DNA of 64,000 nt from an uncultured Candidatus Rokubacteria bacterium (GTDB taxonomy: Bacteria > Methylomirabilota > Methylomirabilia > Rokubacteriales > DASRDR01). Location: the NCBI GenBank assembly GCA_963708025.1, contig CAVPSB010000002.1, forward strand, positions 256,001 to 320,000, in the 5' to 3' direction. Within the stretch, counting starts at the first letter, position 1; every line of letters begins with the position of its first letter. The notes under the pieces were generated by a model. It searched no databases, was not told the origin of the DNA, and was given only the letters and a program-made list of their open reading frames with translations. Shown here piece after piece: positions 9,600 through 24,548 of the stretch. The translations under genes and the position numbers were made by a program.

Positions 9600-10094
9600 C
9601 CGCGCCTCCGAGACCGAGACGATCGAGGCGATGGAGGGGCTGATCGCCTGGCTCCCCGGCCACGTGCCGGCCGAGGAGGACACCACGATCGTGCACGGCG
9701 ACTTCCGGCTCGGGAACACGGTGGTCCATCCGACCGAGCCGCGCATCCTGGCCGTGCTGGACTGGGAGCTGGCGACGCTCGGCAATCCGCTCTCGGACCT
9801 GGCCTACACCTGCATGGTGACGGCTTGCTGGGCGCGCACCCGGCGACGCCGGGGATGCCGTCCGAGCAGGAGTTCGTCGCCGCCTACTGCAGGCGGACCG
9901 GCCGTCCGGGGATCGAGAACTGGGACTTCTACGTCGCGTTCGCGATGTTCCGGCTGGCCGCCATCGTCCAGGGCATCATGGGCCGCGTGCTCGCCGGCAC
10001 CGCTAACGACCCCAACGCCCGCGAGCGGGGCGCCCGCGTCCGTCCCCTGGCCGAGGCCGCCTGGGCCCTGATCGAGCAGCGCGCCGGCGGCTGA
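9600..10094 (+). pseudogene. Duplicated 3' half of the 7002-8039 phosphotransferase
   Basis: 9600-10121 is a near-identical direct repeat of 7544-8073; no 5' half; frameshift near 9818. Confidence 0.9.
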
Positions 10095-10446
10095 TCCCGC
10101 CCGCCGCCCGCGCCTCACCTCCGACGGGTCAGACGACGGCGATGGAGTTGGCCGCTCACATCTTCGGGGTCGGAGCCTTGACGGAGCCGGACACACCGGC
10201 CGAAGCGCCGCGTCTGGCCGAGAAGCTCACCTGGCACGAGAACGCCCCGTCAATGGACGCAAGGTCGCGAATCGAAAGGACCTGAGGTCGGGTCCAGGGA
10301 ACCGGTGGCACATCGGGACAGGCCGTGTGGGCCTCGCGGCGTTTGGCGTCACACGCAGGTTCTGCGTATCCTGTGGCCGAATTCGAGTTCGACCAACAAA
10401 GCGGGGGCGAGCTCCTCGGCGTAGAATCGTTCCAGAGGGGGATCCG

Positions 10447-10659
10447 ATGGCAAGGGAGTTCAGCGTGATTATCGAGCGGGATGCCGACGGTTACTACGTG
10501 GCTTCCGTCCCCACCCTTCGGGGCTGCCATACGCAGGCCAGGTCTCTCGACGAGCTGATGGCCAGGGTGCGCGAGGCCGTCGAGCTCTGCCTCGAAGTCC
10601 AAGGTGAAAGCGTTGAGCCGCTCGACTTCATCGGCGTCCAGAAGATCACCCTGGCGTGA
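10447..10659 (+). CDS. hicB: HicB family antitoxin
   Basis: FSVIIERDADGYYVASVPTLRGCHTQARSLDELMARVREAVELCL. Confidence 0.9.
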   Translation: MAREFSVIIERDADGYYVASVPTLRGCHTQARSLDELMARVREAVELCLEVQGESVEPLDFIGVQKITLA

Positions 10660-10934
10660 CCCGGCTTCCGCGGATCACCGGGAGAGAAGTCATCTCCGCC
10701 ATGAGGAAGGCTGGGTTCGAGGTCGCGAGAGTCAAGGGCAGCCACCACTTCCTTCGTCACCCCGACGGCCGGGGAACGGTCGTGCCCGTCCATGCCGGTG
10801 AGACTATCGGCCCGGGCCTGCTGGCAGCCACAATGGAGGACGAGCGTGCAGCCAATACCGCACTCGCAGACGACCCAGTACGCTACGTGGACATGGAACG
10901 AGAGTTCCGCACCGACCTGTACCCCGAGCCCTGA
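10656..10934 (+). CDS. hicA: HicA family toxin with atypical, possibly chimeric C-terminus
   Basis: GFEVARVKGSHHFLRHPDGRGTVVPVH..ETIGPGLL; GTGA overlap with hicB. Confidence 0.8.
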   Translation: MTRLPRITGREVISAMRKAGFEVARVKGSHHFLRHPDGRGTVVPVHAGETIGPGLLAATMEDERAANTALADDPVRYVDMEREFRTDLYPEP

Positions 10935-11002
10935 CCTGTTGGTGCGATGACCCTACGGTGGACGGCTGGACTCCCAGCCGAGGCTGAGAAGGAGATTGCT
11001 CC

Positions 11003-11317
11003 GTGACACTCAATGAGTACCAGGAAAAGGCTCTCGCCACGGCCTCGGACGGAGGCTCGGAGCTGATCCAGCGGGTCCTGGGTCTGGCCGGGGAGAGCGG
11101 GGAGATCGCCGACAAGGTCAAGAGATGGTTACGCGATCACAATGGTGACCTGGCCAGGCTGGACAGGCAAATCCTGGCTGCCGAGCTCGGCGACACGCTG
11201 TGGTACGTCGCCGCGCTGGCTGACTTCCTGGGCTATCGCCTGGAAGACGTCGCGCAGGACAACATTGCCCGGCGGGCTGATCGGCAGAAGCGAAAGGCGC
11301 CTGGCGGCGGCGGCTGA
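11003..11317 (+). CDS. MazG-like nucleoside triphosphate pyrophosphohydrolase
   Basis: [33 protein letters not shown]. Confidence 0.85.
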   Translation: MTLNEYQEKALATASDGGSELIQRVLGLAGESGEIADKVKRWLRDHNGDLARLDRQILAAELGDTLWYVAALADFLGYRLEDVAQDNIARRADRQKRKAPGGGG

Positions 11318-11453
11318 GCTCGCCGGGGGCTGAATCGAGCGGGGGAACGCGTGAGGGCCGCCTTGGCTGAGCGGCTCGGGCCAGTCCCGTGGAACGTGCG
11401 TTGCTCCAAGGGCCGGACACCGCGGACGGTCACTGCGTCGAAAAGAGGAGACC

Positions 11454-12368
11454 GTGATGCGGCTCGGATTCGCGCTACCACAATGCGGCACCGCCGCCGG
11501 ACCCGATTCCATCACCGCGGTGGCCCAGCGCGCCGAATCGGTGGGGTTCGACAGCCTCTGGGTATTCGACCGGACACTGTCTCCCGTCAATCCCCGGGCG
11601 CCCTATCCGGCTCTGCCCGTCAAGGCCAGGCGCACGCTGGATCCGCTGGAGACCTTGACCTTTGCCGCCGCGCAGACTCGCCGGGTGGCGCTGGGCACGA
11701 GCGTCCTGAACCTCCCCTGGTACAACCCGGTGCTGCTCGCCCGGCAGCTGACCACCCTCGACGTCCTGTCCGGCGGGCGACTCCGGGTTGGACTCGGGAT
11801 CGGATGGTCGCCCGATGAGTACGAGGCCGCCGGGACCCCATGGCCCGAGCGCGGCAAGCGCGCGGATGAGCTCGTTCGTGCCTTGAAGACGATCTGGACG
11901 GCCGATCCGGTGGAGCTCCAGGGCGAGTACTACCGGATCCCGAGATCCTTCATCGGCCCCAAGCCCGTCCAGAAGCCGTACCCGCCGATCTACATGGCGG
12001 CGTATACACGAGCCGCCATGAGGCGCGTCGCGAAGGAGGCGGATGGCTGGTTTCCGGCCGGGATCCCGCTGGCGCGGGTCGTCCAGATGTTCGCGGGCAT
12101 CCAGGGGATGGCCCGGGAAGCTGGCCGCGATCCCGCGGGGTTGGCCTTGATCGTCAGGGCCAACGTCGAGATCTCCGACACGCCGCTCGGCCAGGACCGC
12201 GCCGACTTCACGGGCACGCTCGATCAGATTGCCCAGGACGTGGCGGCGACGCGCAAGCTCGGTGCGGCCGAGCTCGTGTTGGATGTGCAGTTCTCCCCGG
12301 GCGTCGAGACCGTGCAGGACATCGTCGCCCGGATGGCGCAGCTCTGGGAGATCGCGAGTCGAGGCTAG
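11454..12368 (+). CDS. LLM-class (luciferase-like, probably F420-dependent) oxidoreductase
   Basis: AQRAESVGFDSLWVFDR, LDPLETL, TLDVLSGGRLRVGLGIGW, PKPVQKPYPPI. Confidence 0.9.
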   Translation: MMRLGFALPQCGTAAGPDSITAVAQRAESVGFDSLWVFDRTLSPVNPRAPYPALPVKARRTLDPLETLTFAAAQTRRVALGTSVLNLPWYNPVLLARQLTTLDVLSGGRLRVGLGIGWSPDEYEAAGTPWPERGKRADELVRALKTIWTADPVELQGEYYRIPRSFIGPKPVQKPYPPIYMAAYTRAAMRRVAKEADGWFPAGIPLARVVQMFAGIQGMAREAGRDPAGLALIVRANVEISDTPLGQDRADFTGTLDQIAQDVAATRKLGAAELVLDVQFSPGVETVQDIVARMAQLWEIASRG

Positions 12369-12464
12369 ACGTGTGGCGTCCACGCGTACGCCCGATCGGC
12401 GAGGAGGCGCCGGCCGCCTCGGTCGGCGGCAGCTCCCCGTGCCGGTGGTGAGACCTCAGACGGT

Positions 12465-12626
12465 GTGAAGAAATGCCGGCGGCTCCCAGTCCTTCCGCCC
12501 ACCGGCTTCTCGCAACGCACTGGACCCCCGGCTCGCGGCGGGGTGTTCCACTCCTGGCGCGGGCTTCGCTCGCGCCTCCCTCCGGGGGGAGGTACGGGAG
12601 GGGGGCGCAGCCCCCCTCCCGTTCAT
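12465..12626. repeat. Composite intergenic repeat; related copies at 16248-16417 (inverted) and 29176-29305
   Basis: Shared ATGCC(G/A)GCGGCTCCCA..CC..CCGCCC core plus GC-rich hairpins. Confidence 0.75.
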
Positions 12627-12627
12627 C

Positions 12628-13836
<1,209 letters not shown>

Positions 13837-13906
13837 GCAAGGCCTCCCTGGTCGGCGCCCGAGCCTCCGCTCGTCAGCGCCCCGAATCAACCACGAGTGC
13901 CGGGCT

Positions 13907-14671
13907 TCACGCCAGGTGGCCGCCGTCGAGCACGAGCACCTGCCCGGTGACGTAGCTGGCGGAGTCCGAGCAGAGATAGACCACGGCCCCGGCCATCTCC
14001 TCCGGCTGGGCGGTGCGGCCCATCGGCGTCGTCTTCAGGTACTGCTCCAGGAGCTCCGGCGTGGTCCACAGGACCTCGCTGAAGCGAGTCTCCACCAGCG
14101 CCGGCGCGATGGCGTTCACCCGCACGCCGAAGGGGGCCAGCTCCTTGGCGAGCACGCGGGTGAGCATGATCACCGCGGCCTTCGAGACCGAGTAGGCGCC
14201 GAGGCCGGGGCTGGCCCGGAGGCCGCCGGTCGAGGAGACGTTGACGATCGCCCCCTTGCCGGCGGCCAGCATCTGCTTCGCGGCGCGCTGGGCCGCGAAG
14301 AGGTAACCCTTCACGTTCAGCGCCATGATCTTGTCCCAGGCCTCCTCCTCGATCTCGATGAGGGGACCGAAGACCGGATTGGTGGCCGCGTTGTTGACCA
14401 GGATGTCGAGGCGGCCGAACTCCTTCTGGACGGCCTCGAAGAGCCGGTCGATGTCCGGCCGGCGGCCCATGTGGCCCGGGATCGGCAGGGCCCGGCGCCC
14501 CAGCCCGCTGACCTCGTGGGCGACGGCCTCGAGATCGGGGGCCTTGCGCGCGGTGAGCGCGAGGTTGGCGCCGGCCCGGGCGAGGCCGAGCGCGATGGCG
14601 CGACCGATCCCACGGCTCGCCCCGGTCACGATCGCCACCCGGCCGTCCAGTCCGAACTCGGGCCCGCTCAT
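13907..14671 (-). CDS. Short-chain dehydrogenase/reductase
   Basis: [17 protein letters not shown]. Confidence 0.95.
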   Translation of the reverse strand: MSGPEFGLDGRVAIVTGASRGIGRAIALGLARAGANLALTARKAPDLEAVAHEVSGLGRRALPIPGHMGRRPDIDRLFEAVQKEFGRLDILVNNAATNPVFGPLIEIEEEAWDKIMALNVKGYLFAAQRAAKQMLAAGKGAIVNVSSTGGLRASPGLGAYSVSKAAVIMLTRVLAKELAPFGVRVNAIAPALVETRFSEVLWTTPELLEQYLKTTPMGRTAQPEEMAGAVVYLCSDSASYVTGQVLVLDGGHLA

Positions 14672-14864
14672 CTGCTCCCTCCGCCCCCGGCGTCGCCGCC
14701 GCTCGCGCTGGTTGAACTGCCGACCCCGATTGCTACAGGCTAGCACTTTGTGCTGGGTGTATGCTGGCGGGCGGTGACGGCCCCGCGGGCCGGGCCGGCT
14801 CCCGACTTCGAGCCGGCTGGGAGCCGGCCGGCATGATCATCACGAGCACGAGCGTAGAGGAGCC

Positions 14865-16247
14865 ATGAAGCGCAGCGCCCGGGTCCTGATCGTGGACGAC
14901 GAGCCGGAGGTGGTGGCCAACTGGACGCGCGTCCTGGAGCGGGATGCGCATGCCTGCACCACGGCCACCGAGGGTCAGCGCGCGCTCGCGCTCCTCGAGA
15001 CCGAGCGGCCCGACGTGGTCCTGACCGACCTTCAGATGCCGGGTGTTGACGGGCTCACCCTGCTGCGGCGGGCTCTCGAGCTCGATCCCGACGTGGTCGT
15101 CATCGTCATCACGGGCCACGGGACCGTGGAGTCGGCGGTGCAGGCCATGCGGGAAGGCGCCTTCGACTATCTCCTCAAGCCCCTGCCGTCCAACGACACG
15201 CTCCGGCTCGTCGTCGAGCGCGCGGTGGCCCGGCGGCGGCTCGTCGAGGAGAACCGGCGCCTGCGCGAGTCGCTCTCGCCGCAGGTCCGCTTCGACACGC
15301 TGGTCGGCAAGAGCTCGGCCATGCAGAGCGTGCTGGAGCTGGTCCGCAAGGCGGCCCGCTCGGATGCCAACATCCTGATCCAGGGAGAGTCGGGCACCGG
15401 GAAGGAGCTGGTGGCCCGGGCCATCCACGCCAACAGCCCCCGGGCGGCGGAGGTCTTCGTCCCCGTCGACTGCGCCGCCCTCCCGGAGCAGCTCCTGGAG
15501 TCCGAGCTGTTCGGGCACGAGCGGGGCGCCTTCACCGGAGCCGAGCGCACGAAGCCCGGGATGTTCGAGGTGGCCGACCGCGGCACGCTGCTTCTCGACG
15601 AGGTGGGCGAGCTGCCCCTCGGACTCCAGGCCAAGCTGCTCCGCGCGCTCCAGGAGCGCGAGATCCGGCGGGTGGGCGGCACCAAGCTCATCCCGGTCGA
15701 CGTCCGCCTGGTCTCGGCGACGAACCGCGACCTGGGCGAGTCGGTGAGCAAGCGGGAGTTCCGGGAGGACCTCTTCTACCGGGTCAACGTGATCCTCATC
15801 GCGCTGCCGCCCCTCCGTGACCGGACCGGCGACGTGCCGCTCCTCGCTTACCACTTCCTGGGCCGCTACGGCCGGAACCGCGAGCGGCCGCTCGAGGGGC
15901 TCGACGCCGACGCCCTCGCGCTGCTGGAAGCCTACACGTGGCCGGGGAACATCCGCGAGCTGCAGAACGTGATCGAGCGGGCCTGCGCGCTGGCCGACGG
16001 GCCGACGCTCCGCCTGCGCGATCTCCCGGACCACATCCGCGGCCGGGGCCGGCCGGGCCCGGCGGTGCCGGGCAAGCGGCTGCCCCTGCGGCAGGCCCGG
16101 GAGAGGTGGCTCCGGGTCTTCACCCAGGAGTACCTGTTGGATCTCCTGCGGGACCACGGCGGCAACATCTCGCAGGCGGCCAAGACCGCCGGCGTCGACC
16201 GGAAGACGCTGCACCGGCTCCTGTCCCGGTTCGACATCAAGACCTGA
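14865..16247 (+). CDS. Sigma54-dependent response regulator (NtrC/AtoC family enhancer-binding protein)
   Basis: Receiver domain, GESGTGKE, GAFTGA, WPGNIREL, C-terminal Fis-type HTH. Confidence 0.95.
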   Translation: MKRSARVLIVDDEPEVVANWTRVLERDAHACTTATEGQRALALLETERPDVVLTDLQMPGVDGLTLLRRALELDPDVVVIVITGHGTVESAVQAMREGAFDYLLKPLPSNDTLRLVVERAVARRRLVEENRRLRESLSPQVRFDTLVGKSSAMQSVLELVRKAARSDANILIQGESGTGKELVARAIHANSPRAAEVFVPVDCAALPEQLLESELFGHERGAFTGAERTKPGMFEVADRGTLLLDEVGELPLGLQAKLLRALQEREIRRVGGTKLIPVDVRLVSATNRDLGESVSKREFREDLFYRVNVILIALPPLRDRTGDVPLLAYHFLGRYGRNRERPLEGLDADALALLEAYTWPGNIRELQNVIERACALADGPTLRLRDLPDHIRGRGRPGPAVPGKRLPLRQARERWLRVFTQEYLLDLLRDHGGNISQAAKTAGVDRKTLHRLLSRFDIKT

Positions 16248-16484
16248 GAAACCTCGGGGGTGTCGGAACACCCCCCGAGGCTCCCCCCAGCGAAGGCCGC
16301 GACTATTGGACGGCCTTCGGCCTTGGGGCCGCGGCTCGCCCCGGGCGCTCGGCGAGAGCCAGAGGGGGGCGAGATGCCGGCGGGCGGTAGGAATGGGAGC
16401 CGCCGGCATCTCTTCACGGGCCCTGGGAGATCCTCCGGGGCCCGGAAGACCCCCCCGGGGGCCGCGCGGCCGGAGCCGGGGGGG

Positions 16485-16763
16485 TTACGACAAGCCGGCG
16501 GTCGGTTGCAACGGGAGCCGCCGGCGCTGGGTCACCGATCCTGAGAGCGCCCGGTCGTCGCCCGGGGGTGGGCCGCCCTCGCGGGGCAGCGACACCGCGT
16601 CGATCCGCACGCGGCCGGCGCCGGCCAGCAGCGTGATGTAGCCGAGCGCGCAGGCCTCGGACACGCCCAGCGAGTGAGCCAGCTGGCACGCCGAGAGGCT
16701 GCCGTGCGGCTCGAGGCAGGCCGTCACTTCCGCTTCGATCGCGTCCAGCCATCCAGGAATCAT
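16485..16763 (-). CDS. Hypothetical protein (possible winged helix)
   Basis: GGAGG RBS, sigma54 promoter upstream, LSACQLAHSLGVSE helix pattern. Confidence 0.6.
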   Translation of the reverse strand: MIPGWLDAIEAEVTACLEPHGSLSACQLAHSLGVSEACALGYITLLAGAGRVRIDAVSLPREGGPPPGDDRALSGSVTQRRRLPLQPTAGLS

Positions 16764-16810
16764 CTCGATCCTCCCGCGCGGCGCTTCACCGGGCCGCCGG
16801 TCTTCACCGG

Positions 16811-16826
16811 TGCAGCCACGATGCCA
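16811..16826 (-). promoter_or_regulatory. Sigma54 -24/-12 promoter
   Basis: TGGCATCGTGGCTGCA. Confidence 0.65.
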
Positions 16827-16901
16827 GACGAGAGCCGCCGCGGTGCCCGGGGGTCCGTGCTCACGCGGGAGGATCGAGGAGCGACGCGAGCGCGCCGGGG
16901 G

Positions 16902-17309
16902 TCACCGGGCGGGGCCCTCGAGCAGGGTCAGGAGGGCGTCCAGCGCGTCGGCCGTCGTGAAGATCCCGACGATCGCGTCGCCGTCGCGCACCGGGAGGGC
17001 GCCGATCTTGCCCTCGAGGAGGAGGCGGGCGGCGATGGTCACCGGCGTCTCGGGAGCGACCGTGACCGGACCTTCGGTCATGATCTGACTGACCGGGTCC
17101 GTGAGGCGCGCCGGGTGCGCCGGGTCCTCGAGGAGCCGCCGGACATCCCGGTTGGACAGGATGCCGGCCAGGCGGTCGCCGTCCATGACGAGGAGATGGC
17201 GCACGTCCGCGCCTTGCATGAGCCCGAGCGCCTGCCTGATCGGGCAGTCGACGGTCACGCTCAGCGGCTGTCGCGTCATCCAGTGCTCGATGGTTCCGTG
17301 GTCCCGCAT
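16902..17309 (-). CDS. CBS-domain protein
   Basis: VRHLLV...GILSNRD, IGALPV..GIFTTAD. Confidence 0.9.
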   Translation of the reverse strand: MRDHGTIEHWMTRQPLSVTVDCPIRQALGLMQGADVRHLLVMDGDRLAGILSNRDVRRLLEDPAHPARLTDPVSQIMTEGPVTVAPETPVTIAARLLLEGKIGALPVRDGDAIVGIFTTADALDALLTLLEGPAR

Positions 17310-17326
17310 GGCGTGAGGCTGGAGTG

Positions 17327-17342
17327 TGCAACGGTAGTGCCA
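17327..17342 (-). promoter_or_regulatory. Sigma54 -24/-12 promoter
   Basis: TGGCACTACCGTTGCA (consensus match). Confidence 0.85.
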
Positions 17343-17382
17343 CCGGCCGCGCGCCTGTTTCCCGAGAATCGGGCCCCTCCAG

Positions 17383-17421
17383 GTGGGGCGCCATCGCCTC
17401 GCTGGGGCAAGATCGCCTCAC
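17383..17421. promoter_or_regulatory. Tandem palindromic activator sites
   Basis: GTGGGGC-GCCATC-GCCTCGC and CTGGGGC-AAGATC-GCCTCAC. Confidence 0.6.
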
Positions 17422-17666
17422 ACGAGCCGGTCGGATAGCGGCTCCCGGGCCGACCGGGTCGCCGAACTCAGTTCGGTATCTCCCCCCCCCAGCCCCCCCT
17501 CCCCCACCCATTGACGGCCTTCGGCCTTTGGCCGGGGGAGGGGGGAGTCGGACGACCCATTCCTTAACAGGTCTCAGCGCTCCGTCGGCGGCTTCCTGGC
17601 GCCGAGGTGTCGGCCCGGGGGACGAGGAGCGGTCCCATCCGTCGCCGACACCGGTGCGTGGCCTTC

Positions 17667-17682
17667 TGGCGTGCCGCTTGCT
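17667..17682 (+). promoter_or_regulatory. Sigma54 -24/-12 promoter of nifJ
   Basis: TGGCGTGCCGCTTGCT. Confidence 0.7.
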
Positions 17683-17696
17683 GTCCACTGCATTTG

Positions 17697-21283
<3,587 letters not shown>

Positions 21284-21291
<8 letters not shown>

Positions 21292-22285
21292 CCTCTCCAC
21301 GTCGTATCTGGGGCTCGCGCTCAGGAGTCCCGTGGTCGCCTCCGCGTCCCCGCTCTGTGAAGACGTCGACAACATCCGGCGAATGGAGGATGCGGGGGCC
21401 GGCGCGGTCGTTCTCCACTCCTTGTTCGAGGAGCAGATCACGCTGGAGAGCCACCACCTGGACCGGTATCTCTCGCAAGGGGCGGAGAGCTTCGCCGAGT
21501 CGCTGACCTACTTCCCCGACATGACGGCCTACAACCTGGGACCGGACGGGTATCTGGAGCACGTTCGCCGGGCCAAGGCCGCGGTCGGCATCCCGATCAT
21601 CGGGAGCCTCAACGGCGTCTCGACCGGCGGCTGGATCCGCTACGCCCGGAAGATCGAAGAGGCCGGCGCCGACGCGCTGGAGCTGAACGTCTACTACATC
21701 CCCACCGATCCGGAGATGACCGGCGCCGACGTCGAGCGGATGTACGTCGAGCTCGTGCGCGACGTGGCCGCCAGCGTCCGGATCCCGGTGGCGGTCAAGC
21801 TCGGCCACGCCTTCAGCGCGATGGCCAACCTCGCGCGGCAGCTCGAGGAGGCCGGGGCCCGCGGGCTCGTCCTGTTCAATCGCTTCTACCAGCCCGACTT
21901 CGACCTCGAGCAGCTGCAGGTGGTGCCTCGCCTGACCCTGAGCAGCCCGTACGAGCTGCTGTTGCGCGTGCACTGGGTCGCGATCCTCTACGGCCACGTC
22001 CGGGCCGACCTCGCCGTGACCGGAGGCGTGCACACGGCGCAGGACGTGCTGAAGGCCATGATGGCGGGGGCCCGGGTGGCGATGATGACGTCGGCGCTCC
22101 TCAAGCACGGGGTCGACCTCTTGCGGGTGGTGCGGGCGAACCTGGTGGCCTGGATGGAAGCGCACGAGTACGAGTCCATCCGCCAGATGCAGGGGAGCAT
22201 GAGCTACCGGTCGGTGGCCGAGCCGGCCGAGTTCGAGCGGGCCAACTACCTGAAGGTGCTCGGCTCGTACGTGCTCCGCGGCTAG
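21284..22285 (+). CDS. Dihydroorotate dehydrogenase-like protein (PFOR-associated)
   Basis: [44 protein letters not shown]. Confidence 0.9.
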
Positions 22286-22537
22286 CCGTCCGAGCGATCC
22301 GGCCGAATGGAGGGGGTGGGCGGGAGGCGGTCCGGCTCCCCCCTCCCCCGGTGCCGGCCGGAGGGACGGGACGTCGCGAGGGCCGTAGGCCCGAGCCGTC
22401 CCGGCGATACGATCAAGCGGGAGGGGGGTTGGGGGGGTGGGCGGGAGGTCCCGAAGAGGTCCCGAGCTGGGGCGGGCCGGCCCGGCCCACGTCCCCGTCC
22501 GAGCCGGCCACCGGTGGAAGTCGCGCGGCTCGCCGGC

Positions 22538-22553
22538 TGGCACCTCGGATGCA
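22538..22553 (+). promoter_or_regulatory. Sigma54 -24/-12 promoter
   Basis: TGGCACCTCGGATGCA. Confidence 0.7.
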
Positions 22554-22591
22554 TCGTTCGTCGTCAAGATTCTGAACGGGAGGCGAGTCAG

Positions 22592-22972
22592 ATGAATGGG
22601 CTACTGCTCGGCTGGTTCACGGCCTTCCTGATCGGGCTCAGCGTCGTGCTCATGCTGATCATCGCCGTGGTGCTGCTGCCCCGCGCGATGGGGATCCGGA
22701 TGGCGCGCTTTTACTGCCCGTGGAGGCGCCGGGACGTGACGATGCGGTACGTCACCCACGACGGCGAGCACCCGGTCGCGGTGGTGTCGTGCACGGCCTT
22801 CGCGGACCCCAGCGTCGTGACCTGCGGCGCCCCCTGCATCAGCGAGAAAGGCAAGGCCCAGGTGGCCGCTGGTGGGCGGGCGGTCAACAACCTGAGCGGG
22901 CCGCGCGTCGTGACCGGGGCACCCTCTCCGGACGCCTCCTCGGTCGCCCGCACGGCCCCCGCTCCACCGTGA
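22592..22972 (+). CDS. Membrane-anchored hypothetical protein with four Cys
   Basis: N-terminal TM helix, FYCPW...VVSCTAF...TCGAPC; GGGAGG RBS. Confidence 0.7.
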   Translation: MNGLLLGWFTAFLIGLSVVLMLIIAVVLLPRAMGIRMARFYCPWRRRDVTMRYVTHDGEHPVAVVSCTAFADPSVVTCGAPCISEKGKAQVAAGGRAVNNLSGPRVVTGAPSPDASSVARTAPAPP

Positions 22973-22988
22973 ATCGGGAGGGGTGACC

Positions 22989-23432
22989 ATGGCGAGAACG
23001 ATCCTGGTCCCGCTGGATGGATCGGCCGGCAGTGAAGCGGTCCTCGCCGCCGTGGAGCGGATCGCGCGGGCGGAGGGCGCGACGGTGCGGCTGCTCCAGG
23101 TCGCCTCGCCGGTCGAGGCGCTGCTCGTGGACGGGCACGTGGTCCGCTACGCCGATCAGGAGGTCGCGCGGATCCGGCACCAGGCCCAGACGTACCTGAT
23201 GGGCGTAGCGGCGGCGCTGGGTGTCAACGTGGAGGTCCGGGTCCGGTTCGGCGACCCGGTCGAGGAGATCGTCCGCGAGGCCGGGAGCGGCGGGATCGGA
23301 CTGGTCGCGATGGCGACTCGCCGGCGGACCGGCCTGAAGCGCCTGCTCGAGCGCAGCGTCGCCGCCCGCGTCAAGCGGGCGACCCGCATCCCGGTCCTCC
23401 TCATCCGCCACGGCGCACGCCTGGCCGCCTGA
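22989..23432 (+). CDS. Universal stress protein
   Basis: ILVPLDGS, RFGDPVEEIV, SVAARV..ATRIPVLL. Confidence 0.9.
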   Translation: MARTILVPLDGSAGSEAVLAAVERIARAEGATVRLLQVASPVEALLVDGHVVRYADQEVARIRHQAQTYLMGVAAALGVNVEVRVRFGDPVEEIVREAGSGGIGLVAMATRRRTGLKRLLERSVAARVKRATRIPVLLIRHGARLAA

Positions 23433-23575
23433 GAACATCGGGGGGGTCTCAGCCCCCCGGAGGCCTCCCCGCGTCAGAGCCAGGGGTGGGGCATTGGCGC
23501 CCCGCTTGTCCCCGCGGTGCCGCAGCCGAGAGGGGCTCCTGGCCGAAGACACCCACCGTTTCGCGAGGTTCCCCT

Positions 23576-23591
23576 TGGCACTGGCCTTGCT
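23576..23591 (+). promoter_or_regulatory. Sigma54 -24/-12 promoter
   Basis: TGGCACTGGCCTTGCT; palindrome GTGGGGC-ATTGGC-GCCCCGC at 23486-23505. Confidence 0.85.
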
Positions 23592-23649
23592 CCTCCTCCT
23601 CGCGATGGCGGCCCGGGACCACTCCGACGGCATGGGAGGAGGCACGACG

Positions 23650-24522
23650 GTGAATCGAATCCTGGTTCCGCTCGACGGCTCCCGCCTCGCAGAAGCGATC
23701 CTGCCCATGGCCAGGGCGCTGGCCCGCGACTACAAGGCTGATCTCCTGCTGGTACGGGTGCTCCGTCCCCTCGGGTCGGCCGAGGCCGAGGTCGAGGCCC
23801 AGGAAGACGCCGAGGCGTATCTGCGCGCGGTGGCCGGCCGGCTGCACGCGCGCGGCCTGCCGGTCACGTGGAAGGTCTGGTACGACGAGCCGGCGCGGGC
23901 GATCGCGGACGCCGCGCGCTACAACGACGTCGGCCTGATCGTCATGAGCACGCACGGGCGCGGCGGCGTCAACCGCCTGCTCTTCGGCAGCGTCGCCGAG
24001 ACGCTGGTCCGCCAGGCGCCGGTGCCCGTGCTCCTCGTCCGCGGCGAGCTGTCGTGGCAGCCCGGGGACCTGGGGAAGATCCTGGTCCCCCTCGACGGAT
24101 CGGAGCTGTCGGAGGCCGTGCTGCCCATCGTCGAGCGCCTGGCCGGGCCCTTCGACTTCGCCGTCGAGCTGCTGCGCGCCATCGAGCCGATCCCCCCCTA
24201 CGCCGCGGCCGAGCTGACCAGCAGCATCACCGAGGACATCGGGCGGGTCGAGCGGGAGGACGCCGAGACGTACCTCGCGAAGGTCGCGGCGCCGCTGGAG
24301 GCGAAGGGCTGCCGGGTGAAGTCGATGGTGGCACTGGCACCGGCGGTGGACGCGATCCTCCGCGCCGCGCAGGAAGGCCGGGTCGGGCTCATCGCCATGA
24401 CCACGCACGGCCGGAGCGGGATCGGCCGGCTCCTGCTGGGGAGCGTCGCCGAGCGGGTGCTCCGCACCGCACCGGCGCCGGTGCTCCTGTGGAAGGCGCC
24501 GGCGGCGGGCCGACCGGGCTGA
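23650..24522 (+). CDS. Tandem-domain universal stress protein
   Basis: Two ILVPLDGS...THGR.G..RLL.GSVAE repeats; GGAGGA RBS before GTG. Confidence 0.92.
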   Translation: MNRILVPLDGSRLAEAILPMARALARDYKADLLLVRVLRPLGSAEAEVEAQEDAEAYLRAVAGRLHARGLPVTWKVWYDEPARAIADAARYNDVGLIVMSTHGRGGVNRLLFGSVAETLVRQAPVPVLLVRGELSWQPGDLGKILVPLDGSELSEAVLPIVERLAGPFDFAVELLRAIEPIPPYAAAELTSSITEDIGRVEREDAETYLAKVAAPLEAKGCRVKSMVALAPAVDAILRAAQEGRVGLIAMTTHGRSGIGRLLLGSVAERVLRTAPAPVLLWKAPAAGRPG

Positions 24523-24548
24523 GGGAGCGGGACGAAGGAGGAGCGATC

